Assembly: GCA_017646015.1 (NCBI GenBank)
Contig: JAGCNI010000009.1
Location: 10,535 to 74,534 of the forward strand
Direction: 5' to 3'
DNA: 64,000 nt
Source: Lentisphaeria bacterium
GTDB taxonomy: Bacteria; Verrucomicrobiota; Lentisphaeria; Victivallales; UBA1829
In this document: positions 18,214 to 25,686 of the stretch, piece by piece
Numbering within the stretch: the stretch's first letter is position 1
How the letters are laid out: every line of letters starts with the position of its first letter
Notes under the pieces: generated by a model
What the model saw: the letters and a program-made list of their open reading frames with translations, nothing else
The model's database searches: none
What the model was told of the DNA's origin: nothing
Position numbers and translations under genes: made by a program

Positions 18214-18906
18214 TCAGGCGAGCATTTCGAGCCAATGCCAGAAGAAATTCCGTTTTTCATCGTTCATTCTTTCAGGATGGAATTGTACACCGAGTCGTAT
18301 AATGGGATCGGGACATTCGATGACTTCCACTGTTTGATCCATGGCAACAGCGGAAACGATCAGTTCTTTTCCGGGATGTTCCGGATCGATAGCCAGACGA
18401 TGATTTGAATTGACAGTGAATTCTTTATGAAGGGGGATTTTTGAAATTTGTGAAAACCATCCGTTTTCGGTGATTGTAGCGGTATGATCCCGGTTTTCAT
18501 GTGTGGTTCCGTTTTCCGGCAGTTCGATGAGTCTTCCGCCGGAAGCGAGAGAAAGGAGTTGACATCCGCCGCAGATTCCGAGAACAGGCATCTCCCGGCG
18601 GATGGTTTCTTTCATCAATTTCAGTTCAAAATCCGGTCGCATACGTCCGGTCTGGAAGTGGGACATGGGTTTTTCCGTGCATACAGCCGGGGAAAATTTT
18701 TGTCCTCCGATAAAGATCATTCCATCCACCCGGTCAAGAAAAGTGTCAATATATTCATATTGATCCATGGTCGGGATCATGAGAGGCACGCCTCCGGCTT
18801 CGAGGATAGCATCGACATAATAATGATCGACGGAATACTCGAAGCTGGTTCCTCCGGGGATTGACCGGAAGAGAGTATTGATCCCGATTGTCAACTTTTT
18901 TTTCAT
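18214..18906 (-). CDS. Class I glutamine amidotransferase-like / peptidase C26 gamma-glutamyl hydrolase family
   Basis: Nucleophile elbow VLGICGGCQLL and C-terminal GVQFHPE motif. Confidence 0.8.
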   Translation of the reverse strand: MKKKLTIGINTLFRSIPGGTSFEYSVDHYYVDAILEAGGVPLMIPTMDQYEYIDTFLDRVDGMIFIGGQKFSPAVCTEKPMSHFQTGRMRPDFELKLMKETIRREMPVLGICGGCQLLSLASGGRLIELPENGTTHENRDHTATITENGWFSQISKIPLHKEFTVNSNHRLAIDPEHPGKELIVSAVAMDQTVEVIECPDPIIRLGVQFHPERMNDEKRNFFWHWLEMLA

Positions 18907-18929
18907 ACCGGATCCTGAACTGAGGATTT

Positions 18930-19454
18930 TCAGTATTTGCTGTCGGCGTAGTCCACCCAGCCGCCGGCTTTGACAAGTTCGAGGTCAAAAGGACCGATGG
19001 TGAAAGGATAAACTTTTTCTTTTGTTCCGTTGGACAGGGTGAAAGTGAATTTTTCCATATCGGTCGAGCAGGATGTTTCAGAGCCTGCGAATTCCTTGAA
19101 CATATCATCGATATCGGCATCGGCGAGTTGAATAGCCATGAGTCCGCAGTTGAACATGTTCTGACGGAAGATGCGTGCGAAATTGACAGCGATGACCAGA
19201 TTGATCCCGTTACATTCGAGGACCCATGGAGCGTGTTCCCGTGAGGAACCGCATCCGAAGTTGGCACGTGTGATGATCACGCTTTTGCCTTCGACATCTT
19301 TTTTGGGATCGAATCCGGCGAGGTTGAGATCTTCGAGACAATAAGGTTTGAGAGCTTCTTTGGTGAGTTCGGTCAGATATTTTGCGGGGATGATTTCATC
19401 GGTATTGATATCAGAACGATCCAGGAAGAGGACTTTTCCGCTGAAATTTTTCAT
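18930..19454 (-). CDS. leuD: 3-isopropylmalate (or homoaconitate) dehydratase small subunit
   Basis: Aconitase swivel-domain motif NFGCGSSREHAPW. Directly downstream of leuC. Confidence 0.85.
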   Translation of the reverse strand: MKNFSGKVLFLDRSDINTDEIIPAKYLTELTKEALKPYCLEDLNLAGFDPKKDVEGKSVIITRANFGCGSSREHAPWVLECNGINLVIAVNFARIFRQNMFNCGLMAIQLADADIDDMFKEFAGSETSCSTDMEKFTFTLSNGTKEKVYPFTIGPFDLELVKAGGWVDYADSKY

Positions 19455-19470
19455 AATGAACGCTCCTTTC

Positions 19471-20757
19471 TCAGCCTTTGAACAGGGGTGAATTGGTGAT
19501 ATGTCCGTCGATAGCGGTTGCAGCTGCGGTTGCGGGACTCATGAGATGAACCATACCGCCTTTTCCCATTCTTCCGTTGAAGTTCCGGTTGGTGGTGGAG
19601 GCGCAGGATTCACCTTTTGCAAGCACGCCGTTGCTCATGCCCAGACATGCTCCGCAAGTGGGATTGGTCACGCAGAAACCGGCATCCATGAAGATTTTGA
19701 TGATTCCTTCGTCCAAAGCCTGAGCAAAGATTTTGGGAGTTGCGGGAGAAACGATCGCACGAACATCGGGGCTGATTTTTTTGCCTTTGAGAATGGAGGC
19801 AGCGATCCGCAGGTCTTCGATTCTTCCGTTGGTGCAGGAACCGATATAGATCTGATGAACCGGAGTTCCTTCCATTTCCCGTACCGGTTTGACCTGATCG
19901 GGTTTGTAATTGAAAGTGACCATGGGTTCGAGTTCGGAAGCGTTGAATTCGATATCTTTCCAATATTCTGCATCGGCATCGGGCAGCCATTTGGAATAAT
20001 CTGCCAGCGCGGCTTCTTTGGAGGGAAATTCGTCTTTGATGAAATCCCAGAGATATTCAACGGTTGTCATATCCGGATAACAGATCCCGCAGGTGGCACC
20101 GGCTTCGATCGCCATGTTGCAGAGAGTCATACGGGCATCCATACCCATTTTTTCAACGACAGGTCCGGCGAATTCGATGACTTTATCAGTTGCACCGTTT
20201 ACGGAGAGCTGACCGATGATCCCGAGGATCAGGTCTTTGGCATATACGCCTTCGCGGAGTTCTCCTGTGACGCGGATCCGGATGGTATCCGGAGAGCGCA
20301 TGGTGCAGACACCTTTGAGGATCCCCACTTCCAGGTCAGTGGTTCCGACACCTGCTGCGAATGCACCGAATGCACCGTGAGTGCAGGTATGGGAGTCGCC
20401 CATGATGACAGTATATCCGGGTCTGACAAATCCTTTTTCGGGGAAGATCGCATGGCATACGCCATTGGCACCGACATCAAAGAAATCTTTGATATTGTGG
20501 CGGCGTGCCCAGTCACGGAGGGTCTTGCCCTGTTCTGCTGTTTTAGAATCTTTTGCCGGGGTTACATGGTCGATCACGGCTTTGATCTTGGAGGCATCGA
20601 ACACACGGTCTTTTCCTCTGGATACAAGATCATTAATCGCAATGGGGGTTGTAATTTCGTGGCAGAAAACTCTGTCGAGGGAAAGCACGGAAACACCTTC
20701 GGTCGGGGTGTCAATCAAATGTGCTGCGAAAATCTTTTGCGCTGTTGTTTTTCCCAT
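19471..20757 (-). CDS. leuC: 3-isopropylmalate (or homoaconitate) dehydratase large subunit, short type-2 form
   Basis: Aconitase-family Fe-S ligand regions MGDSHTCTHGAFGAFA, IGSCTNGRIEDL and NPTCGACLG. 428 aa. Confidence 0.9.
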   Translation of the reverse strand: MGKTTAQKIFAAHLIDTPTEGVSVLSLDRVFCHEITTPIAINDLVSRGKDRVFDASKIKAVIDHVTPAKDSKTAEQGKTLRDWARRHNIKDFFDVGANGVCHAIFPEKGFVRPGYTVIMGDSHTCTHGAFGAFAAGVGTTDLEVGILKGVCTMRSPDTIRIRVTGELREGVYAKDLILGIIGQLSVNGATDKVIEFAGPVVEKMGMDARMTLCNMAIEAGATCGICYPDMTTVEYLWDFIKDEFPSKEAALADYSKWLPDADAEYWKDIEFNASELEPMVTFNYKPDQVKPVREMEGTPVHQIYIGSCTNGRIEDLRIAASILKGKKISPDVRAIVSPATPKIFAQALDEGIIKIFMDAGFCVTNPTCGACLGMSNGVLAKGESCASTTNRNFNGRMGKGGMVHLMSPATAAATAIDGHITNSPLFKG

Positions 20758-20859
20758 GAATGTTCTCCTTTACTTTACGGTTTGCATCACTGATCATGTA
20801 ATATATCCGTATTCTGTTAAAAAACAAGTTGTATTTTCAGGGATTTCTTTTCCTTTGAA

Positions 20860-20889
20860 TTGGAAAAAAGAGCAATAATATGCTATAAT
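20860..20889 (+). promoter_or_regulatory. Extended -10 promoter of transporter paralog 1
   Basis: TTGGAA (20860-20865), an 18 nt spacer containing TGc, then TATAAT (20884-20889). The 34 nt block gaattggaaaaaagagcaataatatgctataata is repeated identically before paralog 2. Confidence 0.5.
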
Positions 20890-20952
20890 ACGGGGATATT
20901 TATTTCTCCGCATGGAAATAAAGATTTATTTTTAGGAAAAGGAGCTTTCTGA

Positions 20953-21867
20953 ATGTGGTTGGGTTTTCTTTTAGTCAGTCTTGCGGGAATCTGCTGGGTT
21001 GGAACGGGGATCGTAGTCAGTACGTCAGCCAAACGCGGGGTCAACTATAATATTGTGCAGTTGATTTCAGGTTTGATTCTGATTCCGGTTGCTTTTGTCT
21101 GGCTGTTTCTGCAAGGTGGCTTGAAATCTTCCCCGAAGACCTGTCTGCTTGTATTTGCCGCCTGTTTTGCGGGGGGAGTTTGTAACTATTTCAACTATCT
21201 TCTTGCGGAAGCGGCGATGAAACGCGGACCGAACGGATTGGTTTGGGGGATCATGCAATCGGGGCTGATCGGAACGTTTCTGATGGGAGTTTTCGGGTTT
21301 GGTGAAAAAGCTTCTTGTATCGGTTGGTTCAGTCTGTTTCTGACGGTATCAGGTTTGATTCTTTCCGGCTTGAAAAAGAAAAAAGGAGTTGAAACCGGAG
21401 AGAAACCGCAGGGATTTGCCTGGTTGTTTTTATCTTTGGCGGCGATGTTTTTTGTGGCTTTGACCCATTGTTTTATTGCCTTGCCGTCCTTTCTTCCGGG
21501 AGGTTCGGATACGGGTGGCGCTTTCCGTCAGATAGCGATCAGTTCGGGAACGATTGCAGCTTTTGTGGTGGTAACGCTGCCTGGACTTCTCAAGCGGCAT
21601 GAGTTTTGTGTTACAAGATATACCTGTTTTTTTTCAGGGATCGTTGCATTGATCACTGTATTTGCCAATTTGATCTTTTTCTTTCACGGGATCGATCTTC
21701 TTGCGTCGGGTGGATGCGGCGGTCTGGGGTATCCGGTTGCGATCGGAGTATGTCTGATCGGTTTCTCTGTTTACAGTTTGTGTATTCTGCGTGAAAAACT
21801 TGCAAAAGCAGAGCTCATTGGTTTGTTGTCGATCATACTGGGGATCATCGGGATGTCTATGAGATAA
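20953..21867 (+). CDS. Ten-TM DMT-superfamily-like membrane transporter, paralog 1 of 3, substrate unknown
   Basis: 304 aa and highly hydrophobic throughout, with a two-halves architecture. Conserved blocks GG(V/I)(C/G)NYF..LL.EAAMKRGPNGLVWGI and GCGGLGYPVAIG..L(I/V)GFSVYSLCILREKL. RBS aaaaggag lies 8 nt upstream. Confidence 0.65.
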   Translation: MWLGFLLVSLAGICWVGTGIVVSTSAKRGVNYNIVQLISGLILIPVAFVWLFLQGGLKSSPKTCLLVFAACFAGGVCNYFNYLLAEAAMKRGPNGLVWGIMQSGLIGTFLMGVFGFGEKASCIGWFSLFLTVSGLILSGLKKKKGVETGEKPQGFAWLFLSLAAMFFVALTHCFIALPSFLPGGSDTGGAFRQIAISSGTIAAFVVVTLPGLLKRHEFCVTRYTCFFSGIVALITVFANLIFFFHGIDLLASGGCGGLGYPVAIGVCLIGFSVYSLCILREKLAKAELIGLLSIILGIIGMSMR

Positions 21868-21921
21868 GAGTGTGCGGGTGTGGGGAAACTGTTGTTTTTT
21901 TTCCGGAATTCTTCTTTGGAA

Positions 21922-21951
21922 TTGGAAAAAAGAGCAATAATATGCTATAAT
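21922..21951 (+). promoter_or_regulatory. Extended -10 promoter of transporter paralog 2
   Basis: TTGGAA (21922-21927), an 18 nt spacer, then TGcTATAAT (TATAAT 21946-21951). Same block as before paralog 1. Confidence 0.5.
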
Positions 21952-22015
21952 ATATGGATATTTATTTTTTTGATGGAAATAATGTTTTCTTTTTAAAACA
22001 GGAGGGAATTTTTTT

Positions 22016-22930
22016 ATGTGGTTGGGTTTTCTTTTAGTCAGTCTTGCGGGGATATGCTGGATCGGGACCGGGATCGTGGTCAGTATGTGTGCCAAGCGCG
22101 GGATCAACTATACTATCGTGCAAATGTTGTCAAACTTGATTCTGGTTCCTGTCTGCTTGATTTTTGCTTTTTTTCAGGGGGGCTTCAACTGTGACAGAGA
22201 GATTTATCTGACTGTTCTGGGATTCTGTTTCATTGGCGGTATCGGGAATTATTTTACATTTTTATTGACAGAAGCAGCGATGAAGCGCGGTCCCAATGGG
22301 CTTGTCTGGGGGATCATGCAGGCTGGTATGATTGGAACATTTTTGATGGGAGTTTTCTGTTTTGGCGAAAAAGCGTCATGGTGCAGTTGGCTTTTTCTTT
22401 TTATTGTTCTTGCGGGAGTGATTCTTTCCGGATTAAAAAAGGAAAACAAACCTGAAGATGCTGTAAAAAGCAGCGGTTTAGCATGGTTATGGTTTTCCAT
22501 TGCGGCAATGGTTTGTGTAGCTTTTACGCAGTGTACGGTTGTTTTTCCCTCTTTTATGAAAGGGGGAACGGATGCGGGGAGTGCGATTCGTTTATTGGGT
22601 CTCAGTGCCGGAGCAGTTCTTGCTTTTTCTGCGACGACACTTCCGGCATTGCTGAAAAAACATGAATTTTATATTGTCAAAGGGACTTGGACAATGACAA
22701 TTCTTACGGTTTTGATTTCGATTTTTGCAAGTATATTCTTTTTTGTTTACGGTGTTGACCGTCTTGCGGCTGCTGGTTGCGGTGGGTTGGGATATCCGGT
22801 TGCGATCGGAGTATGTCTGGTTGGTTTTTCCGTTTACAGTTTGTGTATTCTGCGTGAAAAGCTGTCAAAGATCGAGATCATTGGTCTGGCGGCGGTTACG
22901 CTGGGGATCATCGGGATGTCTCTGAAATAA
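22016..22930 (+). CDS. Ten-TM DMT-superfamily-like membrane transporter, paralog 2 of 3
   Basis: 304 aa and colinear with paralogs 1 and 3. RBS caggaggg upstream. Confidence 0.65.
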   Translation: MWLGFLLVSLAGICWIGTGIVVSMCAKRGINYTIVQMLSNLILVPVCLIFAFFQGGFNCDREIYLTVLGFCFIGGIGNYFTFLLTEAAMKRGPNGLVWGIMQAGMIGTFLMGVFCFGEKASWCSWLFLFIVLAGVILSGLKKENKPEDAVKSSGLAWLWFSIAAMVCVAFTQCTVVFPSFMKGGTDAGSAIRLLGLSAGAVLAFSATTLPALLKKHEFYIVKGTWTMTILTVLISIFASIFFFVYGVDRLAAAGCGGLGYPVAIGVCLVGFSVYSLCILREKLSKIEIIGLAAVTLGIIGMSLK

Positions 22931-22983
22931 GAGAGTGCATGTGTGTTTGTTGTTATTTTTCCGTAAATCTTCTTTTTGGGGAA

Positions 22984-23012
22984 CTGGAAAAATGTCAATG
23001 GGATGCTATAAT
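22984..23012 (+). promoter_or_regulatory. Extended -10 promoter of transporter paralog 3
   Basis: CTGGAA (22984-22989), a 17 nt spacer, then TGcTATAAT (TATAAT 23007-23012). A diverged copy of the block before paralogs 1 and 2. Confidence 0.4.
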
Positions 23013-23072
23013 ATGCGGATATTTTTTTCTGTAACGGACTGAAATATTTTTGTGTAAGGGTTTTAGAAAGAA

Positions 23073-23987
23073 ATGTGGCTTGGTTTTCTTTTAATTTGTT
23101 TGGCGGGGATCTGCTGGATCGGCTCCGGGATCGTGGTCAGTGTGTGTGCCAAACGCGGAGTCAGTTATAATATCGTGCAGTTGGTTTCGTGTTCGATACT
23201 GGTTCCGGTTTCCTTTGCCATCATGTATTTTCTGGACGGCTTCAGATGTTCTCTCCGAATCTATCTGATCGTTATGATTATCTGTTTTATTGGCGGTATC
23301 GGGAACTATTTTACATTTCTGCTGACAGAAGCAGCGATGAAACGCGGTCCCAACGGATTGGTTTGGGGGATTGTGCAATCGGGAATGATCGGAACATTTC
23401 TGATGGGCGTTTTCATGTTTAACGAAAAAGCTTCTTTTATCAGTTGGTGCAGTTTGCTTTTGACTGTATCCGGCGTGATTCTTTCTGGTTTGAAAAATAA
23501 AAAAGGAGCAGATGTGGGACAGAACCCGCATGGATTTGCCTGGTTGTTTTTTTCCTTGGCGGGGATGTTTTTTCTGGCTATCACCCAGTGTTTGGTTGGG
23601 CTTCCCTCTTTTATTGAGGGGGCGTCGGAGGCTGGGAGTGCGTTTCGTGTGATGACGGTCAGTATGGGAACGATCATTGCTTTTTGTATTGTAACGCTGC
23701 CGGGACTTCTGAAACGTCATGAGTTCAAAGTTACGAAACAGACCTGGTACATATCGGTAATTACGGCAGGGATTGCTGTTTTGAGCAGTATTCTTTTGTT
23801 TATTCGCGGAGTGGATCTTCTTGCGGCTGCCGGTTGCGGGGGGCTGGGGTATCCGGTGGCGATCGGGATCAGTCTGATCGGTTTTTCCGTTTACAGTTTG
23901 TGTATTCTGCGTGAAAAGCTGTCAAAGATCGAGATCATCGGTCTGGCGGCGGTTACGCTGGGGATCATCGGGATGTCTCTGAGATAA
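23073..23987 (+). CDS. Ten-TM DMT-superfamily-like membrane transporter, paralog 3 of 3
   Basis: 304 aa and colinear with paralogs 1 and 2. The last 108 nt differ from paralog 2 at only 2 positions. Confidence 0.65.
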   Translation: MWLGFLLICLAGICWIGSGIVVSVCAKRGVSYNIVQLVSCSILVPVSFAIMYFLDGFRCSLRIYLIVMIICFIGGIGNYFTFLLTEAAMKRGPNGLVWGIVQSGMIGTFLMGVFMFNEKASFISWCSLLLTVSGVILSGLKNKKGADVGQNPHGFAWLFFSLAGMFFLAITQCLVGLPSFIEGASEAGSAFRVMTVSMGTIIAFCIVTLPGLLKRHEFKVTKQTWYISVITAGIAVLSSILLFIRGVDLLAAAGCGGLGYPVAIGISLIGFSVYSLCILREKLSKIEIIGLAAVTLGIIGMSLR

Positions 23988-24019
23988 ACTATTGATAAAA
24001 ATACAATAATAAAGGTGTT

Positions 24020-24979
24020 ATGATGTCAGAAAGAAAAAAATGGAAAAAGCCCATGTGGCTCAAAAAAGTGGAATATGCGATTCTGATGCTGGGAGTGAAG
24101 ATCATGCAGTCATTGGAAGTCAAGACCTGCTATGCTCTTGCCAATAAGATCGGTTTATTGGTATATTACTGTGATTTCAAGCATCGCAACCGTGCGATTT
24201 CGCATATTCTTCACAGTGGGATCCGGACAGATCTTGCGGGGGCGAAGGAACTGGCAAAAAAGAATTTCCAGCATATTCTGAAAGTTTTTGTGGATGTGGT
24301 GACAGCATCCCGTTTGGTGACACGGGAAAATTTCCGTGATTATTATGAGTTGGACATGGAAGCGGATCCGGAATGGCTTGCTTTTTCCACATCGGAAAAA
24401 AATGAAAATGTGATTCTTGCAACAGGTCATCTCGGGAACTGGGAACTTGCCGGTTCAGCGTATTCACTTCTTTCCGGAATTCCGCTGGTTTCAATCATGC
24501 GTCCGCTGGAAAATGAGTTGATCGGAAACTTTTTTTATTCCCGTCGTGCGGTCTTTGATCACACGACATTTTCCAAAGAGAAAGGGGTTCGCCCGCTTCT
24601 GACTGCGTTGCTGCATGGTGAATCCATTGCGATCGTGGCAGACCAGCATGCTGTCCGGCAGGAGGGGGTTGAAATTGAATTCTGCGGACATCCTGCCCGT
24701 GCTCACATGACACCTGCCTTGCTGAATCTCAAGACAAAAGTCAAATTGATTTGTTGGGTTGCGATCCGGAAAGAAGATGATTTCAAATTTAAGATTACAG
24801 GATGCGGTCCTGTTCATTATACTCCGACCGGCGACAAGGAAAAGGATATTCAAGCTCTTGCTCAGCTTTATTCAAATCAGATTGAAGAGTGTTTGCGGAA
24901 ATATCCTGAACAGTGGCTTTGGCCGCATCGTCGCTGGCTGGATTGCAACCGGAAACATAACAAGGAGAAAAACTCATGA
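24020..24979 (+). CDS. Lipid A biosynthesis (LpxL/HtrB-family) lysophospholipid acyltransferase
   Basis: N-terminal TM, catalytic H(X)4E-type block ATGHLGNWELAG, then ADQHA and WLWPHRRW blocks typical of the family. Confidence 0.7.
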   Translation: MMSERKKWKKPMWLKKVEYAILMLGVKIMQSLEVKTCYALANKIGLLVYYCDFKHRNRAISHILHSGIRTDLAGAKELAKKNFQHILKVFVDVVTASRLVTRENFRDYYELDMEADPEWLAFSTSEKNENVILATGHLGNWELAGSAYSLLSGIPLVSIMRPLENELIGNFFYSRRAVFDHTTFSKEKGVRPLLTALLHGESIAIVADQHAVRQEGVEIEFCGHPARAHMTPALLNLKTKVKLICWVAIRKEDDFKFKITGCGPVHYTPTGDKEKDIQALAQLYSNQIEECLRKYPEQWLWPHRRWLDCNRKHNKEKNS

Positions 24980-25683
24980 AAAAATTACTTTCCGAATTTG
25001 ATTCCCGCAGAATCCTCGTGGCACCCTCTCTGCTTGCCGCTGATTTTGCTCATCTCGCAGACGAAGTCAAACGTATTGAAGAAGCCGGATCCGATCTTCT
25101 GCATCTGGACGTGATGGATGGTCATTTTGTGCCCAATCTGACTATGGGACCGCCGTTGATCGCTTCGCTCCGCAAAAATTCCTCACTGCCTTTTGATACT
25201 CATCTGATGTTGAGTCATCCGGGCAAATACATCAAGCCTTTTGTGGATGCCGGATCTGACCATATCACTTTCCATATCGAATCGGAAGATGATCCGCTGG
25301 AAGTCATTGCAGCCATCCGTGAAAGCGGTGTTTCTGTCGGTGTTTCTGTGAAACCGAAAACTCCGGCAAGTGCTATTGCCCACCTGATGGATAAAATCGA
25401 CCTGGTTCTGGTTATGTCTGTTGAACCCGGTTTCGGCGGACAGTCTTTCATGAGTGAAGTTGTACCCAAGATCGCGGAACTGCGTGCTATGGCAAATCAG
25501 ATCAATCCCCGTATTCATATTGAAGTTGATGGCGGGATCGACGGTGAAACTGCGAAGGTCGTTGTGGAAGCCGGAGCGAATATGCTGGTTGCGGGCACAT
25601 CTGTTTTCCGCGCCAAAGACGGAGCTGAAAACGCTGTTGCACGTCTGCATGAAACCCAGAAACTCCTGCCGCCGCAGAAATAA
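24976..25683 (+). CDS. rpe: Ribulose-phosphate 3-epimerase
   Basis: PSLLAADF, LHLDVMDGHFVPN, MSVEPGFGGQ, EVDGGI. ATGA overlap with the preceding gene. Confidence 0.9.
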   Translation: MKKLLSEFDSRRILVAPSLLAADFAHLADEVKRIEEAGSDLLHLDVMDGHFVPNLTMGPPLIASLRKNSSLPFDTHLMLSHPGKYIKPFVDAGSDHITFHIESEDDPLEVIAAIRESGVSVGVSVKPKTPASAIAHLMDKIDLVLVMSVEPGFGGQSFMSEVVPKIAELRAMANQINPRIHIEVDGGIDGETAKVVVEAGANMLVAGTSVFRAKDGAENAVARLHETQKLLPPQK

Positions 25684-25686
25684 AAA

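Larger units (their letters stand above)
20857..23987 (+). repeat. Tandem triplication (promoter + leader + 915 nt gene), unit about 1.06 kb
   Basis: Gene starts are at 20953, 22016 and 23073 (periods 1063 and 1057 nt). All three ORFs are exactly 304 codons, with conserved upstream promoter and leader blocks. Confidence 0.9.

Noticed and set aside
19501-20793. 430 aa plus-strand ORF.
   Set aside because: It is antisense and codon-aligned to leuC, which has the aconitase Fe-S motifs. The translation is low-complexity (Gly/Phe/Asp-rich).
20890-20952. Assignment of the transporter leader to a known riboswitch class.
   Set aside because: The leader is only ~60 nt and almost entirely A/U. I cannot match it to any riboswitch consensus from memory, so it is reported only as an unclassified conserved hairpin plus U-tract.
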